A stretch of DNA of 64,000 bases from positions 105,090,001 to 105,154,000 of the forward strand of contig JANJGN010000021.1 of assembly GCA_026770705.1 (NCBI GenBank), given 5' to 3'. The notes beneath the pieces are model-generated. The model did not search any database. It saw only the letters and a list, made by a program, of their open reading frames with translations, and was not told the DNA's origin. The stretch comes from Isurus oxyrinchus (Eukaryota). The position numbers and the translations under genes were made by a program. Shown here piece by piece: positions 13,751 through 25,200 of this stretch; position 1 is the first letter of the stretch, and every line of letters starts with the position of its first letter.

Positions 13751-14823
13751 AAGAACAAAGAACAAAGAACAAAGAAAAGTACAGCACAGGAACAGGCCCT
13801 TCGGCCTTCCAAGCCTGCGTTTATCATATTGTCAGTCAGTTAAAACATTTTGCACTTCTGGGGTCCGTATTCCTCTATTCCCATCCTTTTCACTTATTTG
13901 TCAAGCTGCTTCTTAAACACCACTATCGTACCTGATTCCACTACCTCCTCCAGCAGCGAATTCCAGACACTCACTACCCTCTGTAAAAAACTTGCCCTCC
14001 ACATCTCCTCTATAGTTTTCTCCTCTCACCTTAAATCTATGTCCCCTAGTAATTGACTCTTCCACCCTGGGAAAAAGCTTCTGGCTATCTATTCTGTCCA
14101 TGACACTCATAATTTTATAAACTTCTATCAAGTCACCCCTCAATCTCCGTTGCTCTAGTGAGAACAATCCGAGTCTCTCCAACCTCTCTTCATAGCTAAT
14201 AACCTCCAGACCAGGCAGCATCCTGGTAAACCTCCTCTGCACCCTCTCCAACTCCTCCATATCCTTCTGGTAATGTGGGGACCAGAATTGCACCTAATAT
14301 TCCAAGTGTGGCCTAACCAAGGCTCTATACAGTTGCAGCAGGACTTCCCAGCTTTTATACTCAATGCCTTTGCCAATGAAGGCAAGCATGCCATATGCCG
14401 TCCTGACTACCTTATCCACCTGCGTTGCCACTTTCAGTGACCTGTGGAGCTGTACACCCAGATCCCTCTGCCCGTCAATGCACTTAAGAGTTCTGCCATT
14501 TATTATATAATTCCTGCCTGTATTAGACCTCCCAAAATGCATTACCTTGCATTTGTCCGGATTAAACTCCATCTGTCATTCTCCGCCCAAGTCTCCAACC
14601 GATCTATATCCTGTTGTATCCTTTGACAATCTTCTTCACTATCTGCAACTCCGCCAACGTTAGTGTCGTCTGCAAACTTACTAATTAGCCCAGTTACATT
14701 TTCCTCCAAATCGTTTATGTATACTACGAACAGCAAAGGTCCCAGCACTGAACCCTGCGGAACTCCACTAGTCACAGCTCTCCATTCTGAAAAGCACCCT
14801 TCTACTGCTACCCTCTGTCTTCC
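13751..14823 (-). mobile_element. CR1-type LINE, 5'-truncated RT C-terminus and 3' UTR
   Basis: [42 protein letters not shown] in ORFs 13913-14775; 3' (TTCTTTG)n tail. Confidence 0.93.
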
Positions 14824-15153
14824 TTAACAACAAATCAGTAAATTTTGTACATTTCAATCCACTTATTTGCATAAATTTATTGTCCAATCCATGCTGCAGT
14901 AAATTTCCTTTCCTACACCACAAGTGCAGTTGTTTATAATTTGACTATCACAACTTTGATTACATTCGGCCCAAGAGAGAGACACATGGAATGTTTCCAG
15001 GCCCATCCTGCTATGGTGGTCAGAGAAGATGCTATTGTTCTTCAAGGTTGCAGTGTTTTTCTCTTAGGCCTAAGCATTTAATTCAATTTCTCCATTAACC
15101 CTTTTAGTACTATGTGGGTTCCCTATTTGTCTAGGCCACCACAACTTCAGGTA

Positions 15154-15234
15154 GGAATTATACTGCCCCTCCCGCCGGCGGGATTTTCCGCGTTTCACGG
15201 CGCCTCCCCCGCTGCGACGGGGCAGTAAAATTCC
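15154..15234. mobile_element. short GC-rich MITE-like hairpin
   Basis: Inverted repeats ggaattatactgcccc ... ggggcagtaaaattcc. Confidence 0.45.
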
Positions 15235-16064
15235 GCCTTTTGTTTTGAAATAAACTGCGCTCGAGTAAAAGAGAGAGAGAGAGAGAGAAAGTGGATCGAT
15301 CCAATGGCGAGAATACCCCTGCTAAATCCTTTACATGGACCCGTGTGCGTTCCACGTCATAGTGTCTCCTGAACCAACATGGGAAATGTTACTGTATTTG
15401 AACATCGAGAACATCAAGTTAGTTGACACTGCATCGCCCTCCGTAACCACACACTGTACTTATGGAAGTTACTGGTTATTATCTATTATCGCGAAAAGGG
15501 AAATTTTGGATAGCAGCTGCTGGAGAATGTACCAGCTACAACCTAGCTACATCTCAGTTCCACTATTGGGAAATGGCCCAGGTACTGAACAGCAGTTCCG
15601 GTTTGAAATTAGTCGATTCTTGTCTATGATTGTCAAAATTCCAAAGTGTTCATTTTCTTGCTTCGTTCACCATCAACATATTCCCCTATCTGTACAGAGC
15701 TGTCCTAAATATCACATTATGTTTATTATGGATTCTGATTGGCCGCTATGGTTGGAGACTCGCCCCGCTTCAGTTTTATATTCGGGAAACTGAACAGTTG
15801 TGTGAAAGAGATTTCTATCACCCTGTGACTACAAACCCCAACGTTTTGTTGCGCAAGTTTTGCAAAGCGGTAGAAATGATCAGGCATAGGAAAACACGGT
15901 ATATGTGTGTGAATTTGGACAACAGCTTGATCTGGTCCGTTGTGTTCACTAGACCCAATCATATTGTCCACTCAGTTCAAAGAAATTGTCCGTGGATCTG
16001 TGAAGCTCAGGACGCGGGACAATCGGAAATCCTTTGAAATGGATAAACCAGACTTAATTATGCT

Positions 16065-16320
16065 CAGAGATAAAAACAAAAAAAACTGCGGATGCTGGAA
16101 ATCCAAAACAAAAACAAAAACAGAATTACTTGGAAAAACTGAGCAGGTCTGGCAGCATCGGCGGAGAAGAAAAGAGTTGACGTTTCGAGTCCTCATGACC
16201 CTTCGACAGAACAGTTCTGTCGAAGGGTCATGAGGACTCGAAACGTCAACTCTTTTCTTCTCCGCCGATGTTGCCAGACCTGCTGAGTTTTTCCAGGTAA
16301 TTCTGTTTTTGTTTTTGTTT
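16065..16320. mobile_element. inverted pair of Penelope pLTR fragments forming a palindrome
   Basis: Arms of ~107 bp centred on 16213; flanked by direct repeat ttaattatgct (16054-16064 and 16321-16331). Confidence 0.88.
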
Positions 16321-17926
16321 TTAATTATGCTGAGCATGAGATATGTGCCACTGCAATTCCGTAAGTAATCACTGGGTGGCAGCACAATTCTAGGCATGGT
16401 AACTGAAATTAGACTCTAGTATTACTCTGAGCAAACCATTTTTTTCCTCGGAGGACGTCTTGGAACATTTTCGTGGACGTCTACGGCGCCTGGGATTCCC
16501 GTTAGACAACCCTGGTCTTAATGGGCGAGTTTTAGTGTGCGCACCTTAAGAGATCGCATACCTTCAGGTTATAATCAATTTTGGGATTGTGGACCTGAAT
16601 TTCACCGCAATTGGATCAGTTCTATCAATGCTCAGAGAGGGTGGGATGCATTTTAGGTCCACCTGCTTGGGGTGGGGGGACCAGAAAATGGGGTGGGCCC
16701 CTATACCAACATCTCCCACCCACCCCGAACTCACCCCCATAATAAGGGGGTGAGCAGGAGGCAAAATCGGCAGCCCACCCGCCTTATTAAAATGCCAATT
16801 TAAGCGAGAATTAAGCTTGTTGTCAAGCCTATTGACACTAACAATGCGATGCCAACGCGATAATACTTCCGCGTGGACAGCAGGACGGCAGCGGGACTCC
16901 GGGTTTTTAACCTGAAATGGCTAAGGATGGGAGAGAAGGGAAAGACCGTTCTTTGGGGGCTACCCTTTGCCAATCGCGGGGCGGTCCCCCTTCGACGGAA
17001 TCTCCACGTCCCTCCTACCTGCCACCTCCCTTAAACCCACCCTTTCCCCTGCACTGTCAATCCCCCTAACGCTCCCAAGCCCTCCCGGCCCAACCCTCCA
17101 ATCACATTGGCTGGCAGCTCCAGACTCGGCCCTCCTTATTGATCCCCCATTGCTTTATGGCTTCGGGGCGGGTCGGGCCAGGTTTTGTGGGGGCTGGTGG
17201 GGTATTGACCGATGGCGTGCCATCCGCATCCCACCCCGCGTATTATTCTGTCCGTTGTTTGGCGGAAAGTACTACTTAGCACAAAGTGCACTTAGACTGC
17301 AATGGACCGGTCCCAAAATTTTCTGACGAATCTAGCTTATATCTGTGAGGTTAGTACAGAGTCTTCGACCTGTTGAACTGTTCAATATATTTGTATGATT
17401 AGCGAGGCTCTAAGAGGTTGTTTGACGAAGACTTTGACGGTGGTGTCGGTGGTGGCATGGCAGGGGTGGTGGGTGGAGTCAACGGGGGTAGTAACGCCCC
17501 ATTTTCTGCATTCAAACGCGTACTTGCTGTCCAACGGATTTGCTGCTCTGTTTGCGCATAACTAACCATGAACACCATTGGCAACACTTTTCGCAATATT
17601 TTTATTCTTTGCAGCAATGGGTCGAGTCATAATATTTTCCACCCTAACCACTCAACCACATAAAACTGCAAATATTTCTTAGAGTAAAGATTGGGATTAA
17701 AGGAAAGTAGCTAAGTTAACATCACACTCTAACTGATGCACAGACATATTCAGCCGCCTTCTTTCCCAGGAAATCGATAGGCTGGAAGGAAATCTATTGC
17801 TCAATATCTCCAGGGCAAAGTGTGATAATTAGATGGTTGGTTCATTGAAAACAAACATTTTGGCGGCAGATGCCGAATTGTAAAGGCTATTCAAATAAAA
17901 CACAATTCATAACATAGTTACTGCTA

Positions 17927-20230
17927 CATGACATTGTCATCAAACCCGCTGACAAGGGTGGTGCTGTTGTTGTCTGGCGCACTGACCTCTACCTCGCGGA
18001 GGCTGAGCGTCAACTCGCAGACACTTCCTCCTACCTCTCCCTGGACCATGACCCCACCACTGAACATCAAGCCATTGTTTCCAGGACTGTCACTGACCTC
18101 ATCTCCTCTGGGGATCTCCCTCCCACAGCTTCCAACCTGATAGTCGCCCAACCTCGGACGGCCCGCTTCTATCTCCTACCCAAAATCCACAAACAGAACT
18201 GCCCCGGTAGACCGATCGTCTCAGCTTGCTCCTGCCCCACAGAACTCATTTCTCGTTATCTTGACTCCCTTCTCTCTCCCCTTGTCCAGTCCCTTCCCAT
18301 CTACATCCGTGATTCCTCTGACACCTTACGTCACATCAACAATTTCCAGTTCCCTGGCTCCAACCGCTTCCTCTTCACCATGGACGTCCAATCCCTCTAC
18401 ACCTCCATCCCCCACCAGGATGGTCTGAGGGCCCTTAGATTCTTCCTCGAACAGAGGCCCGAACAATCCCCATCCACCACTACTCTCCTCCGTCTGGCTG
18501 AACTTGTTCTCACGTTGAACAATTTCTCCTTCAACTCCTCTCACTTTCTCCAATTAAAAGGTGTGGCTATGGGTACCCGCATGGGCCCCAGCTATGCCTG
18601 TCTCTTTATGGGATATGTGGAACATTCCTTGTTGCAGTCCTACCCCGGCCCCCTTCCACAACTTTTTCCCCGGTACATCGATGATTATTTCGGTGCCGCT
18701 TCATGCTCTCGTCGGGACTTGGAAAAATTTATTAATTTTGCTTCCAATCTCCACCCCTCCATCATTTTCACGTGGTCCATCTCTGACACTTCCCTTCCCT
18801 TCCTTGACCTCTCTGTCTCAATCTCTGGTGATAGACTGTCCACCAATATCCATTACAAACCCACCGACTCCCACAGCTACCTCGACTACAGCTCCTCACA
18901 CCCCGCTTCCTGTAAGGACTCCATCCCATTCTCCCAGTTCCTTCGCCTGCGTCGCATCTGTTCCGATGATGCTACCTTCAAAAACGGTTCCTCTGACATG
19001 TCCTCCTTCTTCCTTAACCGAGGTTTTCCACCGACGGTCGTTGACAGGGCCCTCAACCGTGTCCGGCCCATCTCCCGCGCATCCGCCCTCACGCCTTCTC
19101 CTCCCTCCCAGAAACATGATAGGGTCCCCCTTGTCCTCACTTATCACCCCACCAGCCTCCGCATTCAAAGGATCATCCTCCGCCATTTCCACCAACTCCA
19201 GCATGATGCCACCACCAAACACATCTTCCCTTCACCCCCCTTATCGGCATTCCTTAGGGATCGCTCCCTCCAGGACACCCTGGTCCACTCCTCCATCACC
19301 CCCTACTCCTCAACCCCCTCCTATGGCACCACCCCATGCCCACGCAAAAGATGTAACACCTGCCCCTTCACTTCCTCTCTCCTCACCGTCCAAGGGCCCA
19401 AACACTCCTTTCAAGTGAAGCAGCATTTCACTTGCATTTCCCCCAACTTAGTCTACTGCATTCGTTGCTCCCAATGTGGTCTCCTCTACATTGGAGAAAC
19501 TAAACGTAAACTGGGCGACCGCTTTGCAGAACACCTGCGGTCTGTCCGCAAGAATGACACAAACCTCCCTGTCGCTAGCCATTTTAACACTCCACCCTGC
19601 TCTCTTGCCCACATGTCTGTCCTTGGCTTACTGCATTGTTCCAGTGAAGCCCAACGCAAACTGGAGGAACAACACCTCCTTCCGACTAGGCACCTTACAG
19701 CCTTCCGGTCTGAATATTGAATTCAATAACTTTAGGTCGTGAGCTCCCTCCCCCATCCCCACCCCCTTTCTGTTCCCCCCTTTTTTCCCCTTTTTTTCCC
19801 TATAAATTTTATAGATTTTTCTTTTCCCACCTATTTCCATTATTTTTAAATATTTTAAAATCTTTTATGCTCCCCCACCCCCACTAGAGCTGTACCTTGA
19901 GTGCCCTACCATCCATTCTTAATTAGCACATTCGTTTAGATAATATCACCAACATTAACTTTAATACCTATGTATTCTTTTGTACCATTGTCACTGACAT
20001 CTTTTGATGATCTGCTTCTATCACTGCTTGTTTGTCTACACAAGCACCTCTGTCTCTCTCTCTCTCTCCGCCCCCCCACACACACACCTTAAACCAGCTT
20101 ATATTTCAACTCTTTCTTGGACTCGAAATCAAGTTCTGTCGAAGGGTCATGAGGACTCGAAACGTCAACTCTTTTCTTCTCCGCCGATGCTGCCAGACCT
20201 GCTGTGTTTTTCCAGGTAATTCTGTTTTTG
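17927..20230 (+). mobile_element. young Penelope-like retroelement (Neptune-type), 5'-truncated: RT + Cys linker + GIY-YIG + pLTR
   Basis: Open from 17927 (HDIVIKPADKG) through ORF 18380..19720 with intact YIDD, CPRKRCNTC linker and GIY-YIG; one frameshift near the C-terminus; 8-bp TSD tactgcta (17919-17926 and 20231-20238). Confidence 0.95.
20133..20172 (+). ncRNA. Penelope-associated minimal hammerhead-ribozyme-like motif (variant core)
   Basis: CTGTCGA-A-GGGTC-atgag-GACTC-GAAAC-GTCAAC; related copies at ~10884, 12985, 16214 (and its inverse), 23730, 51025-51060 (-), 53458, 53674. Confidence 0.55.
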
Positions 20231-20233
20231 TAC

Positions 20234-21724
20234 TGCTATGACGTGTCAGATGATGTCTGCCACGCGATCAAATCCACGAGGCAAACTTGATCACGCGGTC
20301 ACAACACCTTTTTAATTTGTATTTCACTTCGAGAAGCGTGCCCTGAATTCAGAAGAAAGAAAGGCTCCCATGGCTTTGAGGTTTTTTAGCAAACTAAATT
20401 AACTTAAATTTATTAACAAAAGAAAAGATTTCAAGCACATACACAGGTCTACAAACTACTACTATAATAACTCCTAAAGCTCCTAGTTAGCCTGGCTCCC
20501 AGTTACACCTCTGTTAGGGCACTAGTAAAATCAAATACATTTAAACAGACCCAGGCAAAGACACACAATACCCTGGACAGTCGAATTCAAGGTGAGGTTT
20601 CTCAGCTTCTCTTCCTATAGACAGCAACTTGGTGCACGGAGACTGGAGGCTTTTCACATTTGTGTTAGATCTTAGAATGCCTTCTCCCTTCTGACAAATA
20701 GCCTCACCTCCTTTATACAAGTTTCTCCATTTTTATTGTAATTTCCATTGTTCCCATATGTGTTTGCAACTTCAATCTTCTGATAAAATAAATCTTTCAT
20801 AGCGCTATTTTTTTTATCAGTGACTTTTGGGAAAAATAAACACACGATGTGGCTTAGTTCCTTCTGGCTAGTTGTAACATCTTACCAATCTTTGAAATTC
20901 AAACTATCCTAATTTAACTAAATGCAAACTTTTCTTACACCCCACATTCTAAAACTTCAGCCATTTTACGTATTGAGCATTTCAAACCTAGCGTATTTTT
21001 GAAAACTCAAAGCCTCCAGACTAGCTGTCCAATTCAATCACAACCCCCTCCCCACACACACAGAAGGAAACTAGTCCAAGCCCCATCATTAATCCACTTT
21101 TCCAAAAAAACACAATATTACGAAAGTTATTATATTTTCATGACAACCACAATGCCCTGGACAGTAGAATTCAAAATGGCTTTCCCAGCTTCGGTTTCTG
21201 TAGACAGCAGGCTTGATGCACAAATGCTGGAAGCTTTTCACACTTCTGGTATATTTTACAACGCCTTCTCTGACACATAGCCTCATTCTTTTTATACTTG
21301 TTTCACCCTTTTACTGTGTAAATTACATTGCCCATATGTCTTTGGAACTTCACCTTTCTCGGAATGTAAATCTTTTCATGTTGCTACTATATATTGTCAA
21401 TAGCCTTTCGGAAACATAAACACATTCCTTACATGCTTGTCCGGCTCTTTGTAAACAGGTTGAGATCCTTTGAAAACCAATCCCTCTTCGTTTATCTACA
21501 AATGCAAATTCCCTTCACACCTGACATGTTAAGACACCATATTTACTCATTAACATATAAAAGACATTTCCACACCTTATTTCTTTTGATAACTTCAACA
21601 TGCAGTCTGCTTGGCTACAAGATACAATTAAATCACACACACAGACAGAACAATGCAATCACCCATAAATCTACTTTACGCTAAGCCAGAAAAATATTGT
21701 ACAAATTATTGCATTTTCGTGACA
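20234..21724 (-). mobile_element. solo LTR with ~585-bp internal tandem duplication
   Basis: TG...CA ends (tgctatgac ... ttcgtgaca); 5-bp TSD gttac (17917-17921 and 21725-21729); ccctggacagt.gaattcaa repeated at ~20571 and ~21155; homologous to 42544-43455. Strand is inferred from the minus-strand AATAAA at ~20410. Confidence 0.75.
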
Positions 21725-22028
21725 GTTACAAACAACCATTAAAGCCAAAATACAAGGTAAAATAATAGTAAGAAGATCGCATAATTATGAACATTTGAGT
21801 AATTGTAATCCGTTGAAACATGCAGGTCTCCATAATTTACAGGATAAAAATGAAAACTCTGCTGCACTCTGCATTTTATATTAAAGTCCATAGATCATGT
21901 TGTCAAATTGAGTTCATTAACATCCCAATCATGTGCATGCTCTTGACCAGCTTTACACCTTTTTAGCATCGCACGCTGCCGATTCATTGCCTGGGCCATT
22001 ACTGGTGCATCGGAGTCCAAATCATCCC

Positions 22029-22256
22029 TTACACCAACAGTTTTTCCATCTCAGTTGGAGGTCTCTTTGGCGCCCGTTTTTGATTCCTTATTTCACTACG
22101 TGGTCCCACGGCCGCATACACAACGGTGTCTTCGTCCCTTTGAGACGTCCGTGAGGGAGCACCCGCGCTTTGACCTTTCCTGTGATTCTCCGTACGATTC
22201 GTTTTGGATTTCACTACGCGCAGGTCAGCGTAAACAACATTGTTCGATGCACCTCC
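22029..22256 (-). CDS. gene A terminal exon with two ITIMs
   Basis: GGASNNVVYADLRVVKSK...DEDTVVYAAVGPR...LLV*; pyrimidine tract with an atypical GAG acceptor; overlaps ORF 22029..22214. Confidence 0.72.
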   Translation of the reverse strand, partial: GGASNNVVYADLRVVKSKTNRTENHRKGQSAGAPSRTSQRDEDTVVYAAVGPRSEIRNQKRAPKRPPTEMEKLLV

Positions 22257-25200
22257 CTCAAAAGAAACAAATAATAAAAAAAAAACATGTCTGGGTTAAT
22301 GCTGTGTTTGTTCAGTAGAATAGTGCGATTACTCTGGTAAACTGAAACCGAAGGAAACTATTTTTACAGCCAGGATTCTCCTCCGGTGTATTGCACAACA
22401 ATATTGAATGCAGTCGCTACTCAAAATCTCAGCCATTACCAAAATATTGGAGGGAAATTGCTTCAAGTTTGCCACTTACGGTTAATATGATTTATTTATG
22501 TTGTTATTCTAATTGCGCTGACATAAAATGAGATTTACTGTGCCTTGAGTGCTTTATTCCGTCAGTTGGTTGGCCTTGGACAGATTATTTTTAGTTCCAA
22601 ATATTACTGAAAAGTTGGTGTTCTACTACTTTCTGATTTCGTACGGAAATATGATTTGCAACGTTCTAATAATGTTTCCCATAGAATTTCCACCGTTTCC
22701 ACTACTGGATCACTACTGGTGCAGGATGAAAAGAGCACTGCCATTGTTGTAAATCACAGGATAAGTGCCAGTGTGTTATATTCCCACTCTTTCTAAAGTC
22801 TGGTTAACTCCACTTGAGATACAAATCCATCTCTTCAGGATTTAGTTTACCGAGCGTACAAATAAAAAGTCTTCAATATCTTCCGTCTATTGCTGAGCCG
22901 AATAAAAACATAAAACCTATTTAATTCAACTCCTAAAGGGTCTAATAATGGGAAAGGTAGAAATTCCATGGGACATATCATTAGCAACAGTGGAAATATT
23001 CAAGAATGAGTGGCGCCAAAACAGAATGTCCCTTTATCATGCGAGTAAACATTTTCCCTCGATTCCATAATCCCTTGGTTACTGAGGAGGTTCGATAGCG
23101 ACAGAACAGATCCTGAAATATATTTTCCATTGAATTCAATTCTTATGCGCGCAAGTCGTTGTGCAGGTAGCTGTTTGTTAATCGTACTTTATTCATTCCC
23201 TGCAGTCACTAGTTTTGGATTGTCAGTGCTGCCTCTTTATCGGCTTTTCATTGGTCAAATTCCTGCCTCGTCTGCTACAATCGGTTAATGTTTTATCCGC
23301 TCGAAATTCGATTTGGGCCGTAACGGAAATGAGCAGTATCGCATTAGCCGCCTGTCACCAATGAAGATGATTACAGGGCCAGGTCCATAACAAGGGGTCT
23401 GTGTGATATCACCCGTCATGTGCTGAGATTTGGAATCTGGATCCTAAGAAACCTTTATGTCCCGTGGCACCTCAGATTTTTACGTCCACATATATTGTTG
23501 TTACCATGGACATCTACTCTAAATCAATTAGTTAATTCTTTGTCTTTTTAGTATCTCATTTTGCCTTGCACCGGCATCCCTTTTACTACTTAATCAACCC
23601 TGATCTCCACCTGATCATAGACTTTCCGCTTTTTTATTTTTTCCCTCTCCTTCCGCACCGTCACCACACGGCTCTCTTGCTCGGCAGGGTGCTTGCTTAA
23701 AAACTGTTAAATCTCTAACTTTTTCCAGTTCTGATGAAAGGTTAGCGACATGAAACGCTCGCGTTATTTCTCAATCCACCGATGCTACCTCGCCTGCTGA
23801 ATGGTTCCAGCATTTTATGCCTCGACGCTAAATTATGTTGACCACTTAAATCTCTTTTCTGATGTTGCAACCAGAATTGGGTCGGAGGGAATATTGATTT
23901 CTTAGAAGGAATGAAAGAGCGTTTAAGGGTGTTGCTGGCATTTGACAAGCCGCAATGAGTGAAGAGAACATGGGGTGGAGCATAAAACCGTCTGACAATT
24001 GTACGCCTGCTTCTTTCTGCTGCTTAAGTCAAATCCCATTTCTTACCTGCTTTGAAATGGTTTCATGGCTAAGGGGGAGTTATGTTTCTAGTCCAGCATG
24101 AAAAGGACAACTAAGATGACGACTATGGGAAGAGATTATGTGATGATGCACCTGCAAACGTGGAGAGCATGACCCCAATGTAACGTAATAAACGACGCAC
24201 TAGCTATAGTTATCTGTCCGGCTCATGATTGACCATTCGTTTGAGCGTGCAGTTTGCTGTGGATCATAATCGTGGCTAATGTTTCAAACGTCGAATCATA
24301 GCAATGTAGAATTGTCCAGCATAGTAGGAGACCATTTGACCCATCAAAGAAAAACCCAGTTAGTCCCAATCCTCAACTCTTCTCCGTATGCTTGCATTTT
24401 TTACCCCTCAATTCTTTATGCAGTTTCTTTTTGTGAGCTATAATTAAACCTGTCTCTGCCACCCCATCAGGCTGTGCATCCCAAATAGTTACTTCTTGTC
24501 ACCTTTGGTTATTTTGGCTATCACCTAAATCTGATCCTTCAGGTAATCGACCGTTGAAAACAATTTCTCATCATTTACTCTACCGCATCCCTTTTACTAT
24601 TTTAAGCACGAGAAGCAAATCTCCATTTTGCTTTATAGATTATCATTGATTAATTTGCTACTAACTGTTTTACAGATACACTTGCTGATACCTTATTCTA
24701 AGTGTAGGACTCTGTCTTTGACAATACCCGAGTATGCTTAAAGCATGTTTATACATTAAGTTAAGTAATCTTGAAACGTAGCAGTTTCAGTAATTTTAAA
24801 ATACGAACTGGGTGTTTGAACAAATATCTCTTTCCAAACTGGCTGGTGGTCATTTGATTGATGAGTAACTGAAAGTTGTGAGACCTATCAACAATTGCAG
24901 TTGTCTGTAAAACCTCGATGAACTAAGCTATAAAGTATAACAGTGGTTAACTGTTGGATAAGACTAAAGAATACACAAGAACGGATGCCTCTGCAAAAGC
25001 TGGAGATCACTAGGAAGTGTCTTTGTATGAATGAACAAATAAACAGAGAATCGGATTTTAGCTCGGCCTGGGCATAAAGTGATTGGACGTATTGGGTGCA
25101 ATCTCTGCCTTAAAAAAAATAGCCGTTGGAAGCATTTGCGGGTCCCGGCCCTGCGTGGTCCGAAAGCAGAAACTTTCCTCGAGGTGACCAATTAAGAGGC

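Noticed and set aside
15335-16397. Cluster of 100-150 aa ORFs
   Set aside because: No recognisable domains; partly produced by the pLTR palindrome.
16590-17330. GC-rich island as a promoter or ORF 16967..17326
   Set aside because: No splice or coding signature; more likely a decayed non-autonomous DNA transposon whose ends I could not define.
18380-19720. 446-aa ORF as a host or domesticated gene
   Set aside because: It is a 5'-truncated Penelope RT/GIY-YIG with TSD and pLTR, and there is a second copy at 8.7-11 kb.
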